A stretch of DNA of 64,000 nt, from contig JAZDMR010000015.1 of NCBI GenBank assembly GCA_043800725.1, forward strand, positions 4,065-68,064, read 5' to 3'. The notes under the pieces are model-generated. The model was not told the origin of the DNA, did no database searches, and saw nothing but the letters and a program-made list of their open reading frames with translations. The position numbers were made by a program, and so were the translations under genes. The DNA comes from a bacterium (lineage in GTDB: Bacteria > Patescibacteriota > Patescibacteriia > HK-STAS-PATE-3). Positions 1 through 9,248 of this stretch are shown here, one piece after another; within the stretch, counting starts at the first letter, position 1; each line of letters begins with the position of its first letter.

Positions 1-351
1 TATTCTCGACAAGTCAGACAGGAAACAATTGCCCGAACCTTTGCCGCTCGGATAAGGCAGTCTATTAAATTACGCTTGACCGCAGTAACGCTGGCTGTAA
101 TTTTTTTAACCTTTGGCGGGGGAGCGATTTATCTGATGCTAATCAATAATGTGGCAACGACCGGTTTTGAGATCAAAACATTAGAACAAAAAGTGGATCA
201 GCTAAGGCAAGACAATCGGCGACTAGAGCTCGAAGCCACTGAATTGCAATCTCTGGCCATAGTAGAATCAGCCACGGATCAGCTTGGCTTGACTGAAGTG
301 GCTCAAGTCAAATATCTAAGTCCCACCGGAACAGTTGTCGCTCGCAAATAA
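1..351 (+). CDS. ftsL: FtsL-like cell division protein (5'-truncated by the window edge)
   Basis: Frame is open from base 1. One TM helix, then a heptad coiled coil (LEQKVDQLRQDNRRLELE) and an 'A..LGL' end; directly upstream of ftsI. Confidence 0.7.
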   Translation, partial: YSRQVRQETIARTFAARIRQSIKLRLTAVTLAVIFLTFGGGAIYLMLINNVATTGFEIKTLEQKVDQLRQDNRRLELEATELQSLAIVESATDQLGLTEVAQVKYLSPTGTVVARK

Positions 352-378
352 ATGCGCTAAGTTAGCGTGTAAAGGCAT

Positions 379-2127
379 ATGCGACCAAGACGCGTAATTC
401 GGAAACAGTCAAAATCGAGAAATCCAGACAGAATCACCGTTCTAGTAGTTTTACTATTCGGATTTTCTTCCCTTTTACTGATTAGATTGTTTACCTTGCA
501 GGTCTTGGCTCATGGTTTTTATGAAATATTGGCGGCAGGACAGTATGAAATATCCCAAAAGCTAATGCCTGTTCGGGGAGAGATATTTGCGCAAGACAGA
601 TATTCTGGCGATCAGCTTTTCCCTTTAGCCACAAATATGGATACTTACCTGGCATACGCCATCCCGAAAAGGGTTAACGATGCCGAAAAAGTTGCTGAGG
701 AAATTGCTCCGCTTCTGCAGGTTGATAAAGAAATAATCATGCCCAGGCTTTCCAAGTCAGAGGATTTGTATGAGCCGCTTCAGCATGATATTAGCGAAGA
801 AACAAAGCTGGCTGTTGAAGGGTTAAACTTTGATGGTATTGAATTTGCCCGAGAAAGTAAGCGATATTATCCGGAGAATAATATTGGCAGTCACATCCTT
901 GGCTTTGTTGGTAATGACGGCAATGAAAAGGTCGGACAGTATGGTTTGGAACAGTTTTATCAGAGCGAGTTGGCCGGCGAGGTTGGCTTTCTTCAGGCCG
1001 AACGCGATGCTGCTGGTCGCTGGATTACGGTAGGCGATAAGCTCTTGGAAGAGGCAAAAGACGGCGATGACTTGATTTTAACCATTGATCGGACTGTTCA
1101 GTACACAGTCTGCTCGAAGTTGTCCGAGTCAGTTCAAAAGCACGGTGCTGAAGACGGAGCGGCCATTGTCATGGATCCTAACACAGGAGCAATCATTGCC
1201 ATGTGCGGCTACCCAGATTTTGATCCAAATAATTACGGCGAGGTTGAGGATTTGGATAGTTTTATAAACACCGCCATTACCTCTTATGAGCCAGGCTCGA
1301 TTTTCAAGTCGATTACCATGGCTGCGGCTCTTGATACCGGCGCCATAACACCCAACACCACATATGTTGATGAAGGAAGTGTTCAAATTTCTAAGTACAC
1401 CATTAAAAATTCCGACGGAAAAGCTTACAGACAGCAAACCATGACCCAAGTGCTGGAAAAATCTTTAAATACCGGCGCGATCTTTGCCGTTCAGCAGACG
1501 GGTAATGATGTCTTTTATGATTATGTAAAAAAGTTTGGATTTGGGGAAGCTACCGGCGTTGAGCTGGGCAGTGAATCAGCCGGGAATTTAGGCGAATTAT
1601 CCAGCGGCAAGGATATTTACGCGGCCACGGCTTCATTCGGACAGGGCATTACCGTAACCCCCTTGCAAATGGCCGCCGCCTTTAGCGCGATTGCCAATGG
1701 CGGCACATTGTATCAGCCCTATATCGTGGATGAAATCGTTAAGCCAAATGATTTTCGAATAAAAACCGAACCCAAGTCTCACGGACAAGTAATTTCGCAG
1801 AATACCTCCACCACTTTATCGGCTATGCTGGTTAATGTGGTGAAAAACGGCCATGGCCAAAGAGCCGGCGTACCCGGATATTACATTGCCGGCAAAACCG
1901 GTACGGCTCAGATGCCGAGTACTAACGGCTCAGGTTATGACCCCAATCGAACAATCGGCTCGTTTATCGGTTTTGGGCCGGTAGGCGACCCTAAGTTTGT
2001 GATTATTACCAAAATTGTTGATCCAAAAGACGTGCGCTTTGCCGAAAGCACTGCCGCCCCTTTATTCGGAGAAATTGCTCAGTTTTTATTAAACTATTAC
2101 GAAATCCCGCCGACAATTACTGAGTAG
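379..2127 (+). CDS. ftsI: Class B penicillin-binding protein (FtsI/PBP3 transpeptidase)
   Basis: N-terminal TM, RGEI dimerisation motif, catalytic SxxK (EPGSIFK), SxN (SLN) and KTG motifs. Confidence 0.92.
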   Translation: MRPRRVIRKQSKSRNPDRITVLVVLLFGFSSLLLIRLFTLQVLAHGFYEILAAGQYEISQKLMPVRGEIFAQDRYSGDQLFPLATNMDTYLAYAIPKRVNDAEKVAEEIAPLLQVDKEIIMPRLSKSEDLYEPLQHDISEETKLAVEGLNFDGIEFARESKRYYPENNIGSHILGFVGNDGNEKVGQYGLEQFYQSELAGEVGFLQAERDAAGRWITVGDKLLEEAKDGDDLILTIDRTVQYTVCSKLSESVQKHGAEDGAAIVMDPNTGAIIAMCGYPDFDPNNYGEVEDLDSFINTAITSYEPGSIFKSITMAAALDTGAITPNTTYVDEGSVQISKYTIKNSDGKAYRQQTMTQVLEKSLNTGAIFAVQQTGNDVFYDYVKKFGFGEATGVELGSESAGNLGELSSGKDIYAATASFGQGITVTPLQMAAAFSAIANGGTLYQPYIVDEIVKPNDFRIKTEPKSHGQVISQNTSTTLSAMLVNVVKNGHGQRAGVPGYYIAGKTGTAQMPSTNGSGYDPNRTIGSFIGFGPVGDPKFVIITKIVDPKDVRFAESTAAPLFGEIAQFLLNYYEIPPTITE

Positions 2128-2190
2128 TTTTTTTTACGAGTGTGAAGTCTTTGATTTCCGGCCGAGCTCCCGTATTCTATGGCATTGTAT

Positions 2191-2226
2191 AAAAAAACGC
2201 AGTTGGTTGTGTTAACCAACTGCGTT
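2191..2226 (-). terminator. Intrinsic terminator for the minus-strand orphan gene
   Basis: AACGCAGTTGGTT/AACCAACTGCGTT inverted repeat with a U-run on the minus strand. Confidence 0.8.
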
Positions 2227-2274
2227 GCGTAAATGATCTACAAAGTTCAAGCGGCTGCATCGGCATTTTTGCCG

Positions 2275-3207
2275 TTATATTCTCAACTGTTCCATAACGC
2301 GAAAAGCTAGAGAGCCTTTAGCTCCACTGTCCCGCATCGCCATTACCGCCTGTTCAATCAGCATAACTTTTCCTAGGCAGGGTTCCGTCACACCATACCG
2401 TCTGGACAGTTCAATAATTATCCGATCCGGATTTTGGGTATCAAGGTGATCTGGATAATAGTCTTCCAGTGCCCCCCTGATCAGAAGATGGAACAGGTGA
2501 GCATAAGGCGACTTGATCACCTTTCGATCCTGTACTGTGAGTATGGCCAGGGTGAGGACGGTTTGGGCGAAGAATTTTAGGTCGTTCTGGGTCCGATCCA
2601 GTTCCTCTTGAACTAACCTAAGTCTTTTACTGTTTTGTTCCAACATATTTAAGTGACTGTTGAAATTATCCCAGCGCTCATGTTCCTCAATTAGTCGGAT
2701 AAGAGATATCGCATCTTGGTATTGATGCACTTTCATTTTCATTAAATGCGATTTCACAGTAAAGATCGGATTCCTATCTTCCCAACCTGATATCCATATC
2801 CTAATACCAGTATAATTTGTATTTTTTTTATTCAACGGACAAATCTCGACAATCGGACGGAAACCTCTAACCCGAAATATCAGATAGAAATCCGTTGCTT
2901 TACCCAGATCCTCAACCGATGGCTCGGCGTTATATGACTTTACTCCAGAGTCTTCCTCTACCCATATCCAGAATTTCTCTGTTCGAAATAGCGCTATTAA
3001 TAACCACACGATCAAGGAAAGATTTAGGCCAAGAAGTGTCGTAACTATTAAACAGTCACTAGTAGTATTGAAAATCTGGTATATACCCTTATCTGCCAGT
3101 GGCCAAAGAACTACTACACTTAATATCAACACGAACACTTCTGCCCAGAACAATTTTACATGTCCTGATTTCCTCGGGTAATTTCCATTCTCTCTATCGT
3201 CACTCAT
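2275..3207 (-). CDS. Orphan membrane protein (two N-terminal TM helices, central coiled coil)
   Basis: Long ORF. Likely start ATG 3207 (MSDDRENG) after AAGGGAG; own promoter and terminator. Confidence 0.7.
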   Translation of the reverse strand: MSDDRENGNYPRKSGHVKLFWAEVFVLILSVVVLWPLADKGIYQIFNTTSDCLIVTTLLGLNLSLIVWLLIALFRTEKFWIWVEEDSGVKSYNAEPSVEDLGKATDFYLIFRVRGFRPIVEICPLNKKNTNYTGIRIWISGWEDRNPIFTVKSHLMKMKVHQYQDAISLIRLIEEHERWDNFNSHLNMLEQNSKRLRLVQEELDRTQNDLKFFAQTVLTLAILTVQDRKVIKSPYAHLFHLLIRGALEDYYPDHLDTQNPDRIIIELSRRYGVTEPCLGKVMLIEQAVMAMRDSGAKGSLAFRVMEQLRI

Positions 3208-3353
3208 GATTGGTATCTCCCTTAATGACAGACTCCTTACTTGTCCTGCCATGGAAGCGCCATAGTCAGCTCCTCACTTAGGCTATTGCCTTAAGATCGT
3301 CTGACTAAGACTGATGTCAACGAACATCCTTGGGTACCTCCCAAAGACATCAA

Positions 3354-3382
3354 AACCTAACAAAAAGCACCCGTCCTGTCAA
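3354..3382 (-). promoter_or_regulatory. Sigma70-type promoter for the 2275-3207 transcript
   Basis: TTGACA-17 nt-TAGGTT on the minus strand. Confidence 0.65.
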
Positions 3383-3439
3383 ACAATCACAATAATTTAC
3401 GCGCCACTGGAATAATATCAATCACTTTGCTTTTTAGAT

Positions 3440-3617
3440 AAGGAAAGAGCCCGGCAAGGAGCTCTTTTAAAGAGTCACTTAGTAAGCCGGGCCCTGCGAC
3501 GCGAGCAGCAAGTTCGCCTGTGGGAGACGAACCTTTTATAAAGAGAGTCCTGGGAGAGCCTCTCTTATGGACACGCTACCCGCAAAAGTAATTTTTTATC
3601 TTTTTTGATAAAGACCG
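3440..3617 (-). ncRNA. Unassigned structured RNA candidate (~180 nt)
   Basis: Promoter TTGACA(3652-3647)-17-TATTAT(3629-3624). An 11-bp G-U-containing stem encloses two hairpins, followed by a GC-rich terminal hairpin and pyrimidine tail; no ORF. Confidence 0.5.
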
Positions 3618-3668
3618 GTCAATATAATAGCGCATAGTTGATTATGTGTCAAGCCATAGATGAAAATT

Positions 3669-3697
3669 TTGCCAGAGTTAGACAAATGTTGTACTAT
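3669..3697 (+). promoter_or_regulatory. Sigma70-type promoter of murF
   Basis: TTGCCA-17 nt-TACTAT, divergent from the minus-strand promoter at 3624-3652. Confidence 0.55.
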
Positions 3698-3724
3698 CCA
3701 GGCGTATTTTTATAATAAAAGAGC

Positions 3725-5092
3725 ATGCAAAAATCCTGGTTACAAAAAAAATTAGAAAGAAGTTTAGCTTTTTTTGCCGGCAGGATATTAAAAAAATATT
3801 ATCCTGATATTATTGCCATTACCGGCAGCGTAGGAAAGACAAGCGCCAAGGAAGCTATATATACCACATTAAGCGGATTGCATTCAGTGCGCCGAAGTCA
3901 GGGTAATTATAATAATGAGATAGGGTTGCCCCTGACAATTATTGATTGTGATAGCGGCGGAAAAAATCCTATTGCCTGGTTTAAAGTATTTACCAAAGCG
4001 ATTAAGCTAATTACTCGCACCAAGCCTTTTCCTGAGATACTGGTTTTGGAAATGGCTGCGGACCATCCCGGGGATATTGAATACCTGTCTTCTTTAGCCC
4101 CGCCCAGGGTTAGCATTATCACTGCTATTTCACCGGTGCACATGGAGTTTTATGATGATATCAAGCAGGTAGCCCGGGAAAAAAGGATTTTGGCAGAACA
4201 AACTGATGAAGACGGTTACGCCATTTTAAATGCTGATGATCCGGAAGTTATTAAATTTCGTGACCACACCTCGGCTCGTGTTTTAACCTATGGCTTTTCC
4301 GAGCAGGCTGATATCAGAGCTGAATCAATGGCTATTCAGTATCAAAAGCGGGAAGGTAAATCCAGCCTGCCTCAAGCTACTGGCGTGACATATCAACTAA
4401 GATTTGAAAACAAAACCGTGCCAGTTACCTTAAACGGAGCAGTGGGCAAGCCGGCCATTTTAGCTTCTTTGGCAGGCGCGGCCATAGGCTTGATCTATGG
4501 CAAAGAGTTAACTGAGGTGGCAAAATCGCTGGCCCACTTCCGGCCGCCTAAAGGCAGGCTGCGGCTCTTGGAAGGCCAGGGCGAAACCATGATTATTGAT
4601 GACAGCTATAATGCCTCGCCCAAAGCTGTGCTGGTTGCCCTGGAGCTGCTTAATACTTTATCCCAAGATTTGAAGTCGCAGTTGGGCTCTCCTAAACTTA
4701 AAAAAAGCCAGACCATTGAATCAGTCAGGTTTTTAAGAAGGATCGCTGTTTTGGGCGACATGGCTGAGCTGGGCGGCTATTCCACGCAAGGGCATACCGA
4801 AGTGGGCCTGGCTTGCGCCGGGCAGGTTGATTTACTGATTACTGTTGGCAAAGAAGCCAGAACAATTGCCAAAGCGGCTCTGGCTGAAGGTTTGCCGGAA
4901 TCAAAAATCCAATCATTTGATAATTCAGACCAGGCCGGCAGTTTTCTGAAAAACGAACTCAACAAACATGACTTAGTGCTGGTCAAAGGATCGCAAGCAG
5001 CTCGCATGGAAAAGGTTGTTAAAAAAATCCTTGCCTATCCGGATCAGGCCGATGAATTACTGGTACGCCAGGGCGCGGGGTGGGGGAGTTAA
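3725..5092 (+). CDS. murF: UDP-N-acetylmuramoyl-tripeptide--D-Ala-D-Ala ligase
   Basis: ITGSVGKTS P-loop, NYNNEIGLPLT, DDSYNASP, LGDMAELG and KGSQ motifs. Confidence 0.93.
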   Translation: MQKSWLQKKLERSLAFFAGRILKKYYPDIIAITGSVGKTSAKEAIYTTLSGLHSVRRSQGNYNNEIGLPLTIIDCDSGGKNPIAWFKVFTKAIKLITRTKPFPEILVLEMAADHPGDIEYLSSLAPPRVSIITAISPVHMEFYDDIKQVAREKRILAEQTDEDGYAILNADDPEVIKFRDHTSARVLTYGFSEQADIRAESMAIQYQKREGKSSLPQATGVTYQLRFENKTVPVTLNGAVGKPAILASLAGAAIGLIYGKELTEVAKSLAHFRPPKGRLRLLEGQGETMIIDDSYNASPKAVLVALELLNTLSQDLKSQLGSPKLKKSQTIESVRFLRRIAVLGDMAELGGYSTQGHTEVGLACAGQVDLLITVGKEARTIAKAALAEGLPESKIQSFDNSDQAGSFLKNELNKHDLVLVKGSQAARMEKVVKKILAYPDQADELLVRQGAGWGS

Positions 5093-5123
5093 ATCACCTT
5101 ATCATTGCAAGCCTCCGCCTATA

Positions 5124-5163
5124 TCCCGCTACGCGTGACATCAGATACACAGAAACGTTAAAC
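5124..5163 (+). repeat. Eroded attC-like half site
   Basis: TCCCGCTACGCGTGAC...GATACACAGAAAC-GTTAAAC ends in a GTTRRRY core in the same orientation as the site at 5700; left arm not recognisable. Confidence 0.3.
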
Positions 5164-5304
5164 TAAAAATGGTCAACAAATAATATAATATATTAATTAG
5201 GATCTTTTCACTTTTTAATCAAATAGAAGAACGTGCCACCCGAGGAATTTCGAATGGCGCGTGCAGTCTGCGATGATGGGCTACTCACTCCTTGCAATCC
5301 TCTC

Positions 5305-5568
5305 CTAGACTGAGAGATGTTCGGTACAGATGACACGGCCCACGCCATGCCTTTCTATGATGACCCCCCAAACTTTGTTTGCGCTCTGACCTATTATGGG
5401 GAGCGTTCCGGTCTTTCCTTCAAGAGCATTGACTCCCAGCAGAATTCTCCATGCCGGTGAAGTGCCGCAAATTTCACATGGAAGATCCACCTCCTCCCTC
5501 GACAGGACAAACTCACCTGTGAACGTCTCTCCGCCAATCTCAACCGATTCAAAGATACTCTTGCTCAC
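5305..5568 (-). CDS. Small orphan protein with CxxC and CxxH (possible Zn ligands)
   Basis: GTG start at 5568 after AAAGGAGGG; CEIC and CTEH motifs; hairpin at ~5231-5262 downstream. Confidence 0.6.
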   Translation of the reverse strand: MSKSIFESVEIGGETFTGEFVLSREEVDLPCEICGTSPAWRILLGVNALEGKTGTLPIIGQSANKVWGVIIERHGVGRVICTEHLSV

Positions 5569-5699
5569 ATTGCGCCCTCCTTTCTGGTTGTACGCGATAC
5601 TCCTCTGTATCACAGAACGAGAATTGTATCAATGTATATTCATGTGAATAATTGAAAAGAGACCATAAGTTAAGGGGATTATTTATTGTTCAACACATC

Positions 5700-5793
5700 G
5701 CCTAACAGTGCATAGCAGCTTCAGGAAATTACGCCTATAATATAAGCGAAAGGTAGTGCGCTTTCCTGAAACTGCTATATGCAAACGTTGTCC
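5700..5793 (+). repeat. Integron attC-like recombination site
   Basis: R'' GCCTAAC, then long imperfect palindrome (TGCATAGCAGCTTCAGGAAA / TTTCCTGAAACTGCTATATGCA), then R' GTT(GTCC); 94 bp. Confidence 0.65.
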
Positions 5794-5850
5794 GACATAC
5801 ATTTTTATTTTATTAGTACATTTCCCGTGTAACTATTTTTGACATCACTA

Positions 5851-5879
5851 TTGACAAGAAAATCTACATTGCCTATACT
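5851..5879 (+). promoter_or_regulatory. Near-consensus sigma70 promoter
   Basis: TTGACA-17 nt-TATACT upstream of ATG 5904. Confidence 0.7.
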
Positions 5880-5903
5880 AGGAATGTAATAAGATAATCT
5901 ACC

Positions 5904-6198
5904 ATGGTTAAGCACACAATTGTAAATGACGTTAAAAACACGCTGATAATGAGGGTAGTGGCTACAAAATTGGTATTGTGGAATAGCGTCTGACCCGGAC
6001 CAGCGCCTTTTCAACGAACATAATGTGTCCAGAGATAATGCTTGGTGGATTAAAAGGAATACTGAAAGTGAACAAAGCGCACGCGACACCGAGGGATATC
6101 TTCTTCAGATTGGGTTTGATGGTGATACTGGCGGGGGCGATTATTCTACAATTCACGTTTACGCCTACAAAAAAATTCTCGGGGTTACACAAGAATAG
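5904..6198 (+). pseudogene. Small conserved hypothetical protein (WYCGI..DP..RLF.EH / GGG..VYAYK type) with two -1 frameshifts
   Basis: Adding one A to each of two A-runs (~5934-5938, ~5966-5969) yields a coherent ~98-aa protein MVKHTIVNDVKKHADNEGSGYKNWYCGIASDPDQRLFNEHNV...GGGDYSTIHVYAYKK. Absent from the ORF track. Confidence 0.6.
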
Positions 6199-6241
6199 AA
6201 TATTATTGAATAAATAAAGTCGAAAAAGGGGAGGATAAAAT

Positions 6242-7009
6242 ATGTTTGGTAAATTTATACAACAGCAGCGCGCTAAACGAGGAATGACGCAGGAATATCT
6301 AGCGTCACAACTCGATATTTCTCGTCCAACTTATATGCAAATTGAACGGGGAGAAAGAGAGTTAACAGTAAATGAAGCTAAAAAGCTAGCGGCAATTTTT
6401 GATATGTCTCTGGAGAATTTTCTTGCTAAAAAAGAACCAAAACGGAATGTAACTATTGAGAAAAAATCAGTAAGCAAATCATATGATTTACAGATTCGTG
6501 TTACGGAAAAAAATCTCGAGAAATTTAAGCAAGTACTGCTTTATGTATTAAATAAGGTGGGTGGAAAACCAAATGTCGGCGAGACAGTTCTGCACAAGCT
6601 ACTCTATTTCATCGATTTTGATTATTTTGAAAAATTTGAAGAGAATTTAATGGGCGCGACATACATTAAGAATCATCACGGCCCCACTTCAATTGAGCTT
6701 GGTTCGATTATTAAGAATATGCAGGAGCATGAAGAACTTGAAGCTGTAAATAGTAAGTATTTTAAATACCAACAAAAGAAGTATTTACCACGAAAGAGAC
6801 CCAATCTTGATATACTTTCGGCGCGTGAGATAGAGCATATTGATGATGTATTAGCACGTCTCTCAGATAAAAATGCTTCAGAAATAGAAAAATATTCGCA
6901 CGAAGATATTCCGTGGAAGTCCGCACAAGATGGCGAACCACTTTCTTACGAGAGTGTCTTTTACCGCGATGAAAGCCACTCTGTAAGAAATTACGAAGAT
7001 GAACTTTGA
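6242..7009 (+). CDS. Antitoxin: XRE-type HTH fused to Panacea/SocA (DUF4065) domain
   Basis: HTH 'GMTQEYLASQLDISRPTYMQIERG'; LHKLLYF, HGP and YSH..PW motifs. Confidence 0.85.
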   Translation: MFGKFIQQQRAKRGMTQEYLASQLDISRPTYMQIERGERELTVNEAKKLAAIFDMSLENFLAKKEPKRNVTIEKKSVSKSYDLQIRVTEKNLEKFKQVLLYVLNKVGGKPNVGETVLHKLLYFIDFDYFEKFEENLMGATYIKNHHGPTSIELGSIIKNMQEHEELEAVNSKYFKYQQKKYLPRKRPNLDILSAREIEHIDDVLARLSDKNASEIEKYSHEDIPWKSAQDGEPLSYESVFYRDESHSVRNYEDEL

Positions 7010-7337
7010 TGAACTGCCAGAATTTCGAAAAGAACACAAAAGATTCGGCAAAAAGTACAAATCACTTCCCGATGATTTAAAAGAATTCCGGAATGTTGTT
7101 TCTGTTGTTCCTTTGGGTAATAGCAAGCATTTTAATGTTATTACACAAAATGAAATTTTGTATGTTATCAAAGCTAGGTTGTTTTGCAGATATTTGAAGG
7201 GATCGTCACTTCGTGTTATTTATTCGTATTTTAAGCACGAACAACGCATCATTTTCATTGAGATCTATTACAAGGGCGATAAAGAAAATGAAGATCGAGG
7301 AAGAATTAAAGATTTTTTGAGTAGAATAGGTAACTAG
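6999..7337 (+). CDS. RelE/ParE-superfamily toxin candidate
   Basis: 112 aa, basic, overlaps the antitoxin stop; 'F.KE.KR..KKY.SL', 'LRVIY' and 'IEIYYKG' pattern. Confidence 0.7.
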   Translation: MNFDELPEFRKEHKRFGKKYKSLPDDLKEFRNVVSVVPLGNSKHFNVITQNEILYVIKARLFCRYLKGSSLRVIYSYFKHEQRIIFIEIYYKGDKENEDRGRIKDFLSRIGN

Positions 7338-7608
7338 ATTACTGTAGCTGAATAAGAAGACAGATAATGTGTGAACATTATACGCGGGAAATTTCCTTGA
7401 AAGATAAAAATGTACGAAGGACAACATTGGGCGATGAACGGCCTTGGCTACTTCGTATATCGCCGGATTCGGAATTCGCAATGACTGATAAATCGGATCC
7501 CGCATGGCGGTGATTAGCCTGCGTTGGGCATATAATAGTTGACCAGAGGGGTAAAAAAGTCGTACAATAACGCCGTCTTTGAAAAACGCGACGGCGCATT
7601 TATTTCCC

Positions 7609-8616
7609 ATGAAACGATTAAGAATAATGCTCTTGGTTGCCGGCGGGACCACACTGTCAGCCAAGGGTTCGGACAATATCAAGGTCCGTTCGGCCAAAGA
7701 TCTGGCAGACTGGATAAATGAGATACAAGAGCTGAATATTATTGCTGATATTGAGTCGGTATTTATTTCTAGCGGCCAAGGCTCGCAAATTAACGCTGAT
7801 TTCTGGGAGCGAATCGTAAAAGAAGTGCAAAAGGCTTACCAGCGCTGCGATGGATTTGTGCTGACTCATGATATTGAAACAGTCCACTACACAGCGCCGG
7901 CCTTGGCTTGCGCTATGGATGATATTGGCAAGCCTTTTGTGATTACCGCTTCGCCCTATGATCTGATGTATCGAAGCGTACCTGACAATATTAGAAAAAT
8001 ATTCGACGATTATCGCGGCTTTGGCAACAAAGATAATTTACTGAATGCTTTGCATATTGCCGTGGCTGATTTGTCCGGGGTGTTATTGGTATTTGGCAAT
8101 CAAGTGCATCGCGCATTGGAAGTTTCCCCCAATCGCATTCCCAATCTGAATTATTTTCATTCGATATCCGGCAGTACGTTTGGCAAGATAGATTTTGGAT
8201 TGAAATTTTTTCCGCCAATAAGCGGACGCCACAATCGGAAATTCAAGCCCTCGCTTAAGTTCGAATCCGACATTGCCAGTCTGGAAATAAATCCCAGCAC
8301 AAACGCTGACCAGATTAAGCAAATTGCCCTGAAAAAACCAACAGCTTTAATTTTAAGAGTCGCAGAATTGATGGCTATCCCCAAGGGTATTAATGTTGAA
8401 TTGCTAAAATTGCAAAAACAGAAAATACCGGTCTTGGTTTTTCAGGAGTTTCAAACTAAACAGACCAGATCGCCTTTTATCTTCTTGTCCGGAATTCCAT
8501 ATCACACGGCTTTTGTTTTTATGCTCTGGGCGTTGGGTCAGAGCAAAAGTTTGCCGGTAATTCGAAAGCTGCTGCAAGATAAAGTTAAACAAGCCCTAAA
8601 GAAAGGAGCGGCCTAA
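7609..8616 (+). CDS. Asparaginase-fold protein with degenerate active site
   Basis: AGGTT N-terminal motif and DGFVLTH context, but HGTDT reads HDIET. Likely start ATG 7609; promoter TTGACC..TACAAT at 7539-7568. Confidence 0.75.
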   Translation: MKRLRIMLLVAGGTTLSAKGSDNIKVRSAKDLADWINEIQELNIIADIESVFISSGQGSQINADFWERIVKEVQKAYQRCDGFVLTHDIETVHYTAPALACAMDDIGKPFVITASPYDLMYRSVPDNIRKIFDDYRGFGNKDNLLNALHIAVADLSGVLLVFGNQVHRALEVSPNRIPNLNYFHSISGSTFGKIDFGLKFFPPISGRHNRKFKPSLKFESDIASLEINPSTNADQIKQIALKKPTALILRVAELMAIPKGINVELLKLQKQKIPVLVFQEFQTKQTRSPFIFLSGIPYHTAFVFMLWALGQSKSLPVIRKLLQDKVKQALKKGAA

Positions 8617-8618
8617 AT

Positions 8619-9239
8619 ATGCGCATTTACTTTTATGGGCCGAAAACAGATACTGAGCAGTTACAAGAAGCTTATGCCATGATTCGCAGGTTTTTAAAAC
8701 AGTCCGAAGTATCCCTATCCACCAATACCCAGAGCACTGCCGCCAGTCTGGATTCAGAGGTTACCGAGCTGGCAGAGGATCAAGCAACCAATCCTTTGGA
8801 AATGATGGAAGGTATTATTATCGAGGGTTCCACGCCTGATCCGGAAGTGGGTTATTTATTGGCCTATGCTTTGGCTCAAAAAAAGCCCATTTTATTTTTA
8901 ACTGAGAAGAGCAGCCAGGGACGCCAGATACTAAAGTATTTAAAAGATAAGCAAATTCCAAAAGTCTGCCAGATACGTTATTATACCCATAAGACTCTGC
9001 AATGGCTATTGGACGAATTTATTGAATCAATCGGTCATCGTGAAACCCGGGAGATTCCCAGGATAAAATTTACTTTACGAATCACTCCGACTATCGAAGC
9101 TTACCTGGACTGGAAAACCCAGAATATCAAGCTGAAAAAAGCTGATTTTTTAAGAGGCCAAATTGATAAGCTTATTTCTCACGATAAAAAGTTTCAAGCC
9201 TATCTTAAACGCAAAAGAAAACATAATTCAGAAAATTAA
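8619..9239 (+). CDS. Nucleoside 2-deoxyribosyltransferase-like domain plus C-terminal ribbon-helix-helix
   Basis: 'RIYFYGP...IIIEGS.P...VGYLLAYALAQKKPILFL' NDT/RCL-like pattern; C-terminal 'KFTLRI.....YLDW.......ADFLR' RHH pattern. Confidence 0.6.
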   Translation: MRIYFYGPKTDTEQLQEAYAMIRRFLKQSEVSLSTNTQSTAASLDSEVTELAEDQATNPLEMMEGIIIEGSTPDPEVGYLLAYALAQKKPILFLTEKSSQGRQILKYLKDKQIPKVCQIRYYTHKTLQWLLDEFIESIGHRETREIPRIKFTLRITPTIEAYLDWKTQNIKLKKADFLRGQIDKLISHDKKFQAYLKRKRKHNSEN

Positions 9240-9248
9240 TTTTAAAAA

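Noticed and set aside
7419-7529. Full attC from GGACAAC to GTTGGGC
   Set aside because: The arms next to the two cores are not complementary; only the inner 7410-7460 stem is kept as an eroded candidate.
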